Shown: positions 34,902-44,754, counted from the stretch's first letter. The stretch is DNA of 64,000 bases from a virus (IMGVR_UViG_3300034170_000057), one strand, 5' to 3'. Notes: a model not told the origin generated them from the sequence alone. Made by a program: numbers and translations.

Positions 34902-36141
34902 TGACATGAAGAAAAAGAAAAAGAAAGTTGCTACGGAAGACGTGGCACCGAAAAAGAAAAAGAAAAAAGTAGTGGCCGAGGAAGAAACGACCACGAAAAA
35001 GAAAAAGAAAAAGGGTTTGGTAGCAAGCAAGGGCCTCGACCTCAAGCCGAAGAAAAAAGTCATGAAAGACTTGGGCCGTGATGTGTCGGGTACGCTCGCT
35101 GGCGACGACAAGCCGAAGAAAAAGAAAAAGGAAGTGGCGGCCCCTGAAATCACCCGCGTGCAACTTCCGGTCGAACAGGACGATTACATCATTGTCCAAG
35201 TCGGCAAGAAAAATAAACTGGTGTTCGCGCATAGCCCGAAACGCAACACAGGCTATCTGGAAGAGTCGCTGAATACCGATGAGCCCGTAGCCATTGAGTA
35301 CGACGGCAATACCCTGATCGCCAACCTCGGCAAAGATCCAAAGCCGGGTAAAGTTTTCGGCGTGGAAATCATGCCGCACCTCGGTGAAATCGACACGCCG
35401 ATTGGCCCTATGCACTTCTACCGTAAAGTGACCGACGCCGAGAAAGAAGCGCTCCGTATCGGTATCAAAAAAGCGCACAAGAAAATCGCTGATATTGATT
35501 TGGAAAAAGTCTTCCCGATCAGCCGTATCGAAGTACACAACCCGAAAGGTAAGTGGGCAGGCACCTACAGCGTCAACTTCAAGTCGGGCGAAGCGGTTGA
35601 CCTGATCAAACTCTTCCCGAAAATTCTGGAAGATCAAATCTACAACCAATACGTCATGGTTCACGAAATCGGCCACGGCATTTGGTATCGCTTCGTGCCT
35701 GAAAAGATCCGTGCGTTGTGGCTGGAACAGTACAACACAATGACCAAAGTCTCCAAGGCGAAAAAAGCCGATATGGAATCGTTGTGTCAGTCGCTGGTCA
35801 ATTCTCAAATGAGCATTCGCGAATTCCAACGCGACCTCGAAGAGGATGAACTGGCCCTGTTCAAAGAGGCGCTTTCGTACCTGAAGAAAGTTCACAAAAT
35901 GTCGCCAGAAGACGCGAACGTTCTGTTGAACCAAAACAGCAAAGTGCTGGCTGAAATCTGGCCGACTACCGCTTCGTTCTCCAACACGGATTCCGTGACG
36001 GCGCTCATGGGCGAATACGCGGGCACCAACGTACAGGAAATGTTCGCTGAAGCCTTCGCGCTTTCGCTGACCGGGAAACAAATCCCGAAAACTGTTCAGA
36101 AACTTCTGGATAAAACTCTCAAGGCGGCAATTGCCGAATAA
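34894..36141 (+). CDS. zincin-like metallopeptidase with poly-Lys N-terminus
   Basis: VHEIGHGIWY (HExxH) plus downstream EMFAEAF; five K4-K6 runs at the N-terminus. Confidence 0.7.
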   Translation: MSDDMKKKKKKVATEDVAPKKKKKKVVAEEETTTKKKKKKGLVASKGLDLKPKKKVMKDLGRDVSGTLAGDDKPKKKKKEVAAPEITRVQLPVEQDDYIIVQVGKKNKLVFAHSPKRNTGYLEESLNTDEPVAIEYDGNTLIANLGKDPKPGKVFGVEIMPHLGEIDTPIGPMHFYRKVTDAEKEALRIGIKKAHKKIADIDLEKVFPISRIEVHNPKGKWAGTYSVNFKSGEAVDLIKLFPKILEDQIYNQYVMVHEIGHGIWYRFVPEKIRALWLEQYNTMTKVSKAKKADMESLCQSLVNSQMSIREFQRDLEEDELALFKEALSYLKKVHKMSPEDANVLLNQNSKVLAEIWPTTASFSNTDSVTALMGEYAGTNVQEMFAEAFALSLTGKQIPKTVQKLLDKTLKAAIAE

Positions 36142-36150
36142 GGTTGAGAA

Positions 36151-36405
36151 ATGGATACCGAAAACGCGATGTTTTTCGGTGGGCCAGCGGACGGCGAGTG
36201 GCGGGAAGTTTTGAGTGAGGCGCCGCAGGTATTGGTGCGCAATGAATTCACAGCTGACCCCGATCCACTCGCCCAAAACGCGTGGGTCTACAAACGGCAC
36301 TTGCTGAAAGGGCCTAATGGTCGGGATTATCCGATCTACTGCACAGGCGCAATTGATCCGATCTACGCGATGTTTAAATCCTATCCTGTAGGTAAAAATA
36401 AATGA
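36151..36405 (+). CDS. hypothetical protein (GGPxDG small phage protein)
   Basis: MFFGGPADG. Confidence 0.65.
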   Translation: MDTENAMFFGGPADGEWREVLSEAPQVLVRNEFTADPDPLAQNAWVYKRHLLKGPNGRDYPIYCTGAIDPIYAMFKSYPVGKNK

Positions 36406-36656
36406 CGGCCTACCAATGGTTTGAAGTTCTTTACCAGCCGGTGGCTGCTGTACTTTTGTTCTTCGCGTTTACGACGGTTATCTACTGGCCTTCGCCACCA
36501 CCAAGGCAAACAAAGACGGCCAAGAAAAAGAAGAGCCGACGCCAGCGTAAAATGGAGCGTGAGATTTTCCGTCGTGCGATTGATGCGGGGGCATCGGACC
36601 ACGAAGCACGGAAAGCCGTTAGCCTGTACGTGGCACGCAGGCCCAAGATACTGTAA
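36402..36656 (+). CDS. small single-pass membrane protein
   Basis: VAAVLLFFAFTTVIYW hydrophobic stretch followed by a basic tail. Confidence 0.6.
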   Translation: MTAYQWFEVLYQPVAAVLLFFAFTTVIYWPSPPPRQTKTAKKKKSRRQRKMEREIFRRAIDAGASDHEARKAVSLYVARRPKIL

Positions 36657-36659
36657 ATA
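36650..36659 (+). promoter_or_regulatory. ACTGTAAATA motif
   Basis: Exact copy supplying the TAA of the upstream gene; 32 nt before the clamp-loader ATG. Confidence 0.7.
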
Positions 36660-36690
36660 TAACCTATACCCTCTGACTAAAGGCCGTGAC

Positions 36691-37878
36691 ATGGCAACCG
36701 ATAAAGTGAAGAAAAAGAAAACATTCAAATCCGATACCGAAGAGAATGTGAAAAAGGCCAAGAAGAAAACCAGCGAAAAGTCTGGTGAAAAGCTGACGCT
36801 GGAAACTTCGCAATTGGCGAACCTGTACCGCCCGCACAAGCTGGAAGACGTGGTGGGCCAAGACCACGTGCTGTCTGCAATCGAGGGCATGTTCAAACGT
36901 CAAAAGGTTCCGTCGTCGCTGATGTTTAGCGGCCAATACGGTTGCGGTAAAACAACGTTCGCTCTGATTTTCAGTCGGCAAGTGAACTGCGAAAAACTGA
37001 ACCTGTGTGGCAAGTGCTTTAGCTGCAAATTCAGCAAGCACCCGGACGTTTCCTATTACGATTGCGCGGTCGATGGTTCGATTGCCAGTATCCGGAATTT
37101 GATTTCGGCTGCGAACAATGCCCCGGCTACCCGTAAGCGCGTTCTGATCCTCGACGAAGTACACGCCCTGCGCGGCCCGTCTGAAAAGGCGCTGCTGACC
37201 GCAACTGAAAACCCATCACCGAATACAATCTGGATTTTGTGTACCACGAATCCGGAAGCTGTCCACAAAACGTTGGTCAGCCGTTGCACGCATTTTCGTC
37301 TCAAGCAAATCGACATTCCGACGCTGGTTGATCGGATGAAAGTGATCGCTGAAGCGGAAGGCCAGAAGATCAAAAAGGACGCTGTAAAAGCGTTGACCAC
37401 AATTGCAGAATCCAGTAACGGCTCTATGCGTGAAGCAGTGTCGAAGCTGGATATTTTTCTTTCTATCCTCGCTTCGGGCAAGAAATATAATCCAGACGAC
37501 CTTAGTTCGTTCGTGGATATCGAAGCAGATTTGGACGAAACCTCTGCGCACTTCTTGGCTGCTGTATTCCAGCGCGATTACGTCAAGATGGTGCAGGCTG
37601 CCAAGGTGTGTGGTGGCGTGCGTGGCCTGCTGAATAAAACCCGCTGGCTGATCGAATACCGCATTGGCATTCACACCGGCATGAACAAGTACGCGCCGTA
37701 TAACGGCAAGCTGTTCGACGCACTGGCAAAGCAGCACAAAATCAAAACCGGTATCAAGGGTTTGGTTCAACTGCAAAATTTGCTGTGTGAAATCGAACTT
37801 AAACTGAACACCGCGACCCTTGATGAAACGGTTGTGTTCTATTCCGGCGTTGGTGCATTTTTATCCGAGAATGAGTGA
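36691..37878 (+). CDS. dnaX: clamp-loader AAA+ subunit, DNA polymerase III gamma/tau-like
   Basis: LYRPHKLEDVVGQ, GQYGCGKTT, CEKLNLCGKCFSC Zn module, ILDEVHAL, LVSRC; ATG 36691. Confidence 0.85.
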   Translation: MATDKVKKKKTFKSDTEENVKKAKKKTSEKSGEKLTLETSQLANLYRPHKLEDVVGQDHVLSAIEGMFKRQKVPSSLMFSGQYGCGKTTFALIFSRQVNCEKLNLCGKCFSCKFSKHPDVSYYDCAVDGSIASIRNLISAANNAPATRKRVLILDEVHALRGPSEKALLTATENPSPNTIWILCTTNPEAVHKTLVSRCTHFRLKQIDIPTLVDRMKVIAEAEGQKIKKDAVKALTTIAESSNGSMREAVSKLDIFLSILASGKKYNPDDLSSFVDIEADLDETSAHFLAAVFQRDYVKMVQAAKVCGGVRGLLNKTRWLIEYRIGIHTGMNKYAPYNGKLFDALAKQHKIKTGIKGLVQLQNLLCEIELKLNTATLDETVVFYSGVGAFLSENE

Positions 37879-40058
37879 TGACAGACCTGTCCGCAAATGA
37901 GGTAGAACTGCTGTACGCAATCAAGAATGATCAAGGACGCACCCTGACATTTTACGGGGATGAACTGCGTAAGCACCATACCCAACTGGGGCGGGCACTT
38001 GAACGTCTGAAACTCGTAGGTTATGTGCGGGCGACTGAAAATAATCGCCTGTTCATTTCTGATGCTTTCCAACAGCGTCAAAAGGCCGAACCGGAACCGG
38101 AATCTATCGAAGAAACCGAGGAAGAACTGGCGCCGCTTGTTGACGTACCTGAAGACCAACCGGTTTTGAAAAAAGAACCGGAAACTTCACCCGTTTATGA
38201 GGCTGGTATGAAAGTCACGCCTGAAATGATCGCAGAATATATGGCCGATGGTGTTGACCGTACCGCCGCCGTAATCGCGCAGCACTTCGGCCACGCCAAA
38301 GGCACTACGCTGATCAATCCGCTGCGTAGGCTGGTTACTGACGGCACGCTGGTGAAAACTGGCACCGTTTATTCGCTTCCTGCCTCGATGATTGTCACCG
38401 TTGCGGAAGTTGAAGCTATTGCGGAAATCGCGAAAGAAGTCGAGCCCGCAGCTGAAGCCGAGGTCGAGGAAACTGACGACGAACTGGCGGCCAGACTGAT
38501 TGCGGTTCTGGAAAAGGACATACCAGCAGTTGAACCAGCTGCCGAAGAAATTCCTGCGCGGATGGTGGAATACCACAACGAAACATTGGCCGAAGACCGC
38601 GAAGCCGCCAAGGCTCATGCAGAAAAACCACGCGGCAATCTGCCTACGCTTTTCAATGGCGAACTTCAGAATCACATTCTGAAAAAGCGAGATAGTTTCA
38701 CCGCTGCTGAAGTCATGCTGGATTTCGCAGAAACGCACTACATCGACAAAGAACGCTTTATGGAAATCTTTGAAGACGTGGTAGGTAGCGGCGACCTGCT
38801 GTGCTGGGATGGCGCCGAGTTTATCGACCCTACGCTGGAATACGTGCCGGGTAGCCAGTACATTGTGTTGCGCAAAACCGATCCGACCGACGCAATCGGA
38901 ATCATGGATGAATATTGCGAAAACATCCATGAACCCTACAAACTTTTCGATATCGTAGAAACGACGCATATTCATCACGGCGATGTGCTGCGTTATTTGG
39001 CTGATTTCGATTACGACGTGACTGATCCGGAACACATCGTAAAAGGCCCGCACACGTCTGACGTTTCATACTCGCAAAAGACGGCGGTTAGCGCAGGCCC
39101 CCGCGCCGGGATGCATGCACCGAAGTCCGGAACTGGGCCGTGGCCGGTGACATTCAAATCGGATTTCCGCACAAAGGAATTTACTGCACGTCCTAAAGTG
39201 GATCGCGATGCACCGCTGATTAGCTACGCGATGATCGAAAGCCTCAAGCCTCAAGACATTACCGATTTCCTCGACGGTGGTGTGAAGCTCGAAGTTTTCA
39301 TCCGTAAATTTAATCTGCATCCAGACGACGAAGCGCATATCGTCGAAGTTTTGCTGCTGACCGGCGTTGCAGAACTTACTTCTGTTGAGGGTGTGGATTG
39401 GCTGTTTCTGAAAGGCTGCAATGCTGCACCGGCCAGCCCGAAAGAAGACCGGTTAATTACTGCGCGTGACCTCGATCCGACGTTGCCTGAAAATGGCCCG
39501 TCCGCTTTTGCGTTGCAGCAGAAAACTGGTGATATCGGTGACTTGTCCGCGCTGATGAAAGATGCTCTGCACAGCATCACCAGTTCTGAAGAGGATCGGT
39601 TGACCCGAGAGAAAATCGGCATACTGCGTAATCAAATTCTCGACGCATCTATTGGCGCACCGTCCACCATTTTCATGAGTCGCGAACTGGCGGAGGAACT
39701 GGGTGTTCCTATCACTGAATGCACTTGTGAACATCGCATTTTTGGTGATGAACTGCACGAAGACTTGTGCCCGGTTGCAGAACTGGAAAACGATTTGCTC
39801 GCTAAAGCCCCTTTGGAAAGCGGGGAACGCGGAAACACCGGTCCTACAGGCCCCGTCAACCACGATGGCCCTACAGGCCCCCAAGGGACGCCGGGTTATT
39901 ACTCTATGGGGATGTGTCACAAAGTATTCTGTAAAGATAAACAGCCGGACAAGCAATGGTCGCTGACCCTGAAAATGTTGGAAGAACGCCTGCGCTTTGA
40001 ATACCAAGGCAGCGCTGCTGACCAACTCCACGAAATCCGAAAATATCTGGAACCGTAA
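37875..40058 (+). CDS. large acidic protein with tandem winged-helix-like modules
   Basis: QLGRALERLKLVGYV and TAAVIAQHFG..LRRLVTDGTLVKTG resemble wHTH recognition helices and wings. Confidence 0.6.
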   Translation: MMTDLSANEVELLYAIKNDQGRTLTFYGDELRKHHTQLGRALERLKLVGYVRATENNRLFISDAFQQRQKAEPEPESIEETEEELAPLVDVPEDQPVLKKEPETSPVYEAGMKVTPEMIAEYMADGVDRTAAVIAQHFGHAKGTTLINPLRRLVTDGTLVKTGTVYSLPASMIVTVAEVEAIAEIAKEVEPAAEAEVEETDDELAARLIAVLEKDIPAVEPAAEEIPARMVEYHNETLAEDREAAKAHAEKPRGNLPTLFNGELQNHILKKRDSFTAAEVMLDFAETHYIDKERFMEIFEDVVGSGDLLCWDGAEFIDPTLEYVPGSQYIVLRKTDPTDAIGIMDEYCENIHEPYKLFDIVETTHIHHGDVLRYLADFDYDVTDPEHIVKGPHTSDVSYSQKTAVSAGPRAGMHAPKSGTGPWPVTFKSDFRTKEFTARPKVDRDAPLISYAMIESLKPQDITDFLDGGVKLEVFIRKFNLHPDDEAHIVEVLLLTGVAELTSVEGVDWLFLKGCNAAPASPKEDRLITARDLDPTLPENGPSAFALQQKTGDIGDLSALMKDALHSITSSEEDRLTREKIGILRNQILDASIGAPSTIFMSRELAEELGVPITECTCEHRIFGDELHEDLCPVAELENDLLAKAPLESGERGNTGPTGPVNHDGPTGPQGTPGYYSMGMCHKVFCKDKQPDKQWSLTLKMLEERLRFEYQGSAADQLHEIRKYLEP

Positions 40059-42364
40059 TGATCGAGATTACCGGTAGCCGTTTTGGCGGTATCGTTTCGT
40101 ACAAAAAGGGTGAATTCGATTTCACTAACAACTGTGGCCTGACCACGGTTAGCGGGCACAACCGCGACTCGCAAATCTCCAAAGACCAAAACAACGGCGC
40201 CGGTAAATCTCTGCTGTTTTCTATGCTGCCTAACGTGCGTTTTGAACAGATGCCGTTGGCAGATACGAAAAAGAAAAACCGCATCCATTCGAAAGGCTCG
40301 TTCATCGAGTTCGACGTTAACAACCTCGGACATAAGTGGACGATCCGCCAGCAGGCCGGTGGCTATCAAATCTGGCGCGACGGCGAAGACCTGAAAGTTC
40401 GGGGCCAATCTAGTCAGCGTGCGCAAATTGAAGAAATCATTCCGATTACCCAAGACGAATGGTATTCCTATGTGCATCTGCAATCGCAAAAGAGATTGGA
40501 ATTCCTGTACGGCACACCACGTGCGCGAATGACCTATATCAGTGAGGTGTGGCGCCTCGATCAGTTCGACGTGCTGCGTCGGTTCTTTGAAAAGAAGATC
40601 GACGAAGTAAAAGTCGCACAGAACAAGTCGGATGCATTCAGCCACCAGCTGATGAATATCAACGATGCGCTGAATAAAAACGGCTGGAATAAGCAGCTGG
40701 AAAAGGAACTTAACGAAGCCAACGAAATCGTTAAAACCCAATCCAAGAAAGTCACGAAGTTGCAGACGCAGCGGCAGGAACTGAAAAGCCTGTCGAAGCA
40801 GGTCGAGTTCTATACGACCACGCGTGACAAGCTGAAAAAGTTGCAGGGTAAAATCCGATTCGATAAACCTACGCTGAAAGAGCAGTATCAACTGCACGAA
40901 GCGCTGGAGAAATTCGAAGAGGATAACGCCGAGTATGATCGCCGCTGTAAAAAGCTGGTGAAGAAACTCGACGAACTGGGCGACGGCGGTGATAGTAAAA
41001 CGCTGAAGAAACGTATCAAGGAAATCCGGAAAGAACTGGAAGGCCTCGAAACGGAAGACAAGCGTCTTGAGAAAGTCCGCGACAAGCACGACGCAGCTGT
41101 ACGCGAACTGGAAAACTTGGACGATCACGTCGATCCGGATTTGCGTAAATACTTGACGCAATGCAACAAAGAAAAAGTCGATCCAATGGAGGCGCTGAAA
41201 GAGGAATACAGCACCGCCAAAACGACGATGAAACTGGCTGACCTGCTACACGATCACGACGACGGCGCATGCCCGACGTGTATGCAGAAAATCAACCTGA
41301 AGGATTTGGAAAAGACCATTGCGAACGCCAAGAAGCGCAAAGGTAAAGCACACTCGATGATCCACGCGCTGGAACTGCGAATCACAAAGCAGGACAACAC
41401 GGATATCATCAAGGCCCTGAAGTTCGACGAACGTTCGTTCTACGCGGCTCGCAAGAAAATCAAGGCGCTCCGGGCTGAACTGGAAAAGCTCGAAGACCAA
41501 ATCGAAAACTCTGTGCGCTTCGATGAAATCACCGGGCAAATGGCTGACCTGAAAAAGCCTAAGCGGCCTAAGCAGGAACCGATTATCTCGGTTGAGAAAA
41601 TCGAACAGCAAGTGGAAATGATCGACGAAGCACGTCGCCTGAAAGCGCGGCTGTCTGAATTCGACGAAGCACCAGAAGACGACAATATCCTCAAGCGTCT
41701 GGCCGAAGTCGAAGCCAAGCTGGAAAAGGTCGAGAAAAAGTATTCCAAAGCTCACAAAGTAACCGTGCGCTATAGCTCGCTGCGTGCCGAATGGAAACTG
41801 CTGAAGAAACAGCGCGAAGAGGCCAGCGTCAAGGTCGAGGAATTTAAACCTCTGATCAAGAAAATGCAGCGCTTCAAAGTTCTGGTGAAAGCCTACAGCA
41901 ACAAAGGGCTGAAGCTGCACGCCATGCACGAAATCGTCTATGGCCTAGAGCAGAACTACAACAAATATGCACAGCTGATTTTCGCAGAGAATTTCAAGTT
42001 CAAAGTGGAAGCCAAAGAAGACGGCGTGCATATCATCGTAGACCGGGGCCAAGGCAACGTCAGCGATGTACGTTCGTTGTCCGGGGCCGAGTCCGATAGT
42101 TTCCGTCTGCTGCATTTCCTTGCGTGTGTGATCATGGCTAAGGACGCACGCCGGGTAAACTTGGCAATCCTCGACGAACCGGATGCACACATGGATGACG
42201 CGACTACCAGCCTATTCGTGGAGCGTTACATTCCGTTCCTGCGCAAGCTGGTGCCACAAGTGTTTATCATCACGCAAAAAGGTAAGCACCTGCACCCGAA
42301 TTGTTCTTACGTCACCGTTGAAAAACATAAGGGGGTTTCGAATGTCCGTTATGACGCGGCCTAG
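40058..42364 (+). CDS. sbcC: SbcC/Rad50-like (T4 gp46-like) SMC ATPase
   Basis: NGAGKS, Q-loop HLQSQ, coiled coils, Zn hook CPTC, LSGAE signature, ILDEPDAHMD. Confidence 0.9.
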   Translation: MIEITGSRFGGIVSYKKGEFDFTNNCGLTTVSGHNRDSQISKDQNNGAGKSLLFSMLPNVRFEQMPLADTKKKNRIHSKGSFIEFDVNNLGHKWTIRQQAGGYQIWRDGEDLKVRGQSSQRAQIEEIIPITQDEWYSYVHLQSQKRLEFLYGTPRARMTYISEVWRLDQFDVLRRFFEKKIDEVKVAQNKSDAFSHQLMNINDALNKNGWNKQLEKELNEANEIVKTQSKKVTKLQTQRQELKSLSKQVEFYTTTRDKLKKLQGKIRFDKPTLKEQYQLHEALEKFEEDNAEYDRRCKKLVKKLDELGDGGDSKTLKKRIKEIRKELEGLETEDKRLEKVRDKHDAAVRELENLDDHVDPDLRKYLTQCNKEKVDPMEALKEEYSTAKTTMKLADLLHDHDDGACPTCMQKINLKDLEKTIANAKKRKGKAHSMIHALELRITKQDNTDIIKALKFDERSFYAARKKIKALRAELEKLEDQIENSVRFDEITGQMADLKKPKRPKQEPIISVEKIEQQVEMIDEARRLKARLSEFDEAPEDDNILKRLAEVEAKLEKVEKKYSKAHKVTVRYSSLRAEWKLLKKQREEASVKVEEFKPLIKKMQRFKVLVKAYSNKGLKLHAMHEIVYGLEQNYNKYAQLIFAENFKFKVEAKEDGVHIIVDRGQGNVSDVRSLSGAESDSFRLLHFLACVIMAKDARRVNLAILDEPDAHMDDATTSLFVERYIPFLRKLVPQVFIITQKGKHLHPNCSYVTVEKHKGVSNVRYDAA

Positions 42365-42638
42365 TCAGAAAACGCATTGGATGTGCATTCCGCATCCGAC
42401 GCACTGGTGGATTCAAGCGTTGCAAATGGTTCACGGTTTCCACGTTCGTTGTGAAGTGGATTTGCCCAAGCAAGAATACTCGATGGCGATGCTGCCTACC
42501 ATTATCCGTCAAATGACCGAAGCCGTGGAAGTGGAAAAAGCACGCGTAATGCAACTGATCGAAGAGAATCACAAAGATGCACTCGAAGAAACCGAAACTG
42601 AAGTCGAGAAAAGCGGAGAAGTTCCAACGCGGCATTGA
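42342..42638 (+). CDS. hypothetical protein
   Basis: ATG 42342 (or 42351) near the sbcC stop. Confidence 0.5.
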   Translation: MSVMTRPSQKTHWMCIPHPTHWWIQALQMVHGFHVRCEVDLPKQEYSMAMLPTIIRQMTEAVEVEKARVMQLIEENHKDALEETETEVEKSGEVPTRH

Positions 42639-42744
42639 GCGTATGGAACGATACGCCGAAGCAACACGGGAACAGTTTGCACAGGCACTCGCACTGGGCA
42701 AAACCTTTGATCATACTGGGCCAATGGCCGGGAGAAACAAATGA
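42577..42744 (+). CDS. small hypothetical protein (55 aa), not in ORF track
   Basis: MHSKKPKLKSRKAEKFQRG...; stop overlaps next ATG. Confidence 0.35.
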   Translation: MHSKKPKLKSRKAEKFQRGIERMERYAEATREQFAQALALGKTFDHTGPMAGRNK

Positions 42745-42878
42745 ACAACAACGACCTGCGTATTCTGAAATTCCAGAACACCCTGACCTTTCATGCGGCC
42801 GCCGCGAACTTCCATTCCAAGGCCAACGGCATGACCAACTCCCTGAAAAAACAATTGAACAAAAAGCTCGGAAAATGA
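42741..42878 (+). CDS. small basic hypothetical protein (45 aa), not in ORF track
   Basis: GGGAG RBS; MNNNDLRILKFQNTL...KKLGK; ATGA overlap with next gene. Confidence 0.55.
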   Translation: MNNNDLRILKFQNTLTFHAAAANFHSKANGMTNSLKKQLNKKLGK

Positions 42879-43600
42879 TCGTCTACGGCTTCGCGCATAC
42901 AGCGCCGGATAAAGTTTTGGTGCATCTTCGTGGACTCGGAGTGCCCCGCGCACAAATCGCGATGCTAGGTCACGATTTCGAAGCTCGTAAGCACCTGATT
43001 TTTATTGATGCTGCGAGTTTCGAAGCCGGTCGCGATCTTGCTGAAGTAGCGAACTGCATTTGCTACGTGTGCGACGATCCAATTTCCCTTGCGCCCTACG
43101 ATTTAATTCCTGCTGATTACAAGGCGGCTGAAGACTTTCACGTGGACGGCTACACGCTCACGGAATTTAAAACGCTGCCGGTATTCAAACAGGTCACGGG
43201 CGCCCGGAAGAAATTCGATATGATTCAGGTAGCCAAGAAGCACGCTTCTAGCCAGCTAACATTCTTCACAAATTTCATGACGTTTATCTACAGCATGCCG
43301 ATGCAAACGCACCAACTCCCGGTGCGACAACTCGCGTGTAAATGGTTGGCCTCTACCGAGACTTATCGGCAACTCACAAACCGAATCGAGAAGCTGCGCA
43401 AAGGCGTTTTCCTGACTGACAAACAGGTCGAACGTTTGGTGGCTCTGCTTAGTTCGGATGTTGTCGCGATTTATCGTGAAGGTCTGCAAATGGAAGGCGA
43501 CGAAGACGAAGTGGCGATGAAATTGAAAATCAGCGCCTACGAAATGCGTTACATCCGTGCAATCAATCGGGGCGCTGCTGAAGCGTTGATAGACCCATGA
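42875..43600 (+). CDS. hypothetical protein with C-terminal HTH-like segment (possible clamp-loader delta-like subunit)
   Basis: ATG 42875; EDEVAMKLKISAYEMRYI. Confidence 0.55.
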   Translation: MIVYGFAHTAPDKVLVHLRGLGVPRAQIAMLGHDFEARKHLIFIDAASFEAGRDLAEVANCICYVCDDPISLAPYDLIPADYKAAEDFHVDGYTLTEFKTLPVFKQVTGARKKFDMIQVAKKHASSQLTFFTNFMTFIYSMPMQTHQLPVRQLACKWLASTETYRQLTNRIEKLRKGVFLTDKQVERLVALLSSDVVAIYREGLQMEGDEDEVAMKLKISAYEMRYIRAINRGAAEALIDP

Positions 43601-43749
43601 AAAACGTTGACGCCGAGAAACAAAAATTCAAGTTGCTGTGCCTGATAAAACACCGCTGGGCCAATTCGTCCGACCGTTGCAAGTGGGCGTGCTGGCGGTG
43701 TAAGCGCTGCAATAAAATCATTCACGTATTGGGAAGCGCACCGGAATGA
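43597..43749 (+). CDS. small Zn-ribbon-like protein (50 aa), not in ORF track
   Basis: LCLIKHRW...CKRCNK; ATGA overlaps at both ends. Confidence 0.6.
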   Translation: MKNVDAEKQKFKLLCLIKHRWANSSDRCKWACWRCKRCNKIIHVLGSAPE

Positions 43750-44264
43750 CCGATCAAAAATTCAATGTTGAAATCGAACGTGAACCTGAAACGGATTACG
43801 TTGGCGAAGCTCGGTGGTCGCCGTGTGCTGGTTTGGAACGCGGAACAATCGAAAATATTGGTTATGTCAAAGTGGATGATAGCGAGGCTCCGACTACCGA
43901 CGACTGGGAACGTATCACGAAACTCAAAATGGAAGCGATGGGAATTTCTGAAGAATTCCTGACGGGTGACGTACAGCTTATTCCTTTCTTTGATGGGGGT
44001 TTTGATAACCGTGTCACCGTATCACCAGCACGCAAGACATTCATAGACGAAACATTCCGCCGTGTAGTCAAGCGTACTATGCGCCCCAGCACGCACTGTA
44101 TCGCGACCCGCAACGGCGTCATGGCGTTAGGTAAGCGTTTCCGTTCTCTGCGACTGGCCCGCGTGTGGTACAAAAACATGATGGGCAATATCGAAATCAA
44201 ATTCGCGGATAAACCCGTGGTGCCTGATGAATCTTGGGTGCCGTTGGCAGAATATGGGAAATAA
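43746..44264 (+). CDS. modular hypothetical protein
   Basis: 172 aa; KMEAMGISEEFLTGD and FRSLRLARV modules. Confidence 0.7.
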   Translation: MTDQKFNVEIEREPETDYVGEARWSPCAGLERGTIENIGYVKVDDSEAPTTDDWERITKLKMEAMGISEEFLTGDVQLIPFFDGGFDNRVTVSPARKTFIDETFRRVVKRTMRPSTHCIATRNGVMALGKRFRSLRLARVWYKNMMGNIEIKFADKPVVPDESWVPLAEYGK

Positions 44265-44754
44265 ACTCGACACACGAGGTTGGGCTATGGTCGATCTTTC
44301 CGACAAGATCCTTTCGATTTCCACGCCACGTAAAGAAACACCGTGTCCGTTCGGCGGGCTTCTACCGAAGGTTAACCGGCGTTGGACAATGTGGAGTTTT
44401 CCGCCCACGTACCCGATGGATTTGCCGCAGCGGAAATGTGTGAAAGTTTCGGACGGTGAAGAAGAAATCATCGAGAAACAGCCGGTCGATGTGAGCGGGC
44501 TGGCAATCACCGGGCGAATCGGTTACATGACCGGGATGGTAATCCACTGTGATGCGTTCAGCGAACCTACGCCGCAATCCAAATACTATTTCATGCACAA
44601 GCACACGCCGAAGGGCGTTGAAGTGATCGTGTTTGAACGTGGTGTGGATAATGTGCATCACATGTACGAGTACCGAAGCGCCCGCGCCGCACGCGTCGAA
44701 ATGAAACGCTGCCGCATTCCTGAATACGCTTTCTATCGGACAAAAAGAAAATGA
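44254..44754 (+). CDS. hypothetical protein
   Basis: ATG 44254; YRSARAARV module. Confidence 0.65.
   Translation: MGNKLDTRGWAMVDLSDKILSISTPRKETPCPFGGLLPKVNRRWTMWSFPPTYPMDLPQRKCVKVSDGEEEIIEKQPVDVSGLAITGRIGYMTGMVIHCDAFSEPTPQSKYYFMHKHTPKGVEVIVFERGVDNVHHMYEYRSARAARVEMKRCRIPEYAFYRTKRK

Noticed and set aside
39823-39897. Collagen-like domain
   Set aside because: Only about 7 Gly-X-Y triplets, interrupted; too short for a stable triple helix
42635-42874. N-terminal extension of the 321-aa ORF
   Set aside because: Better explained by small ORFs in other frames with ATGA coupling to ATG 42875
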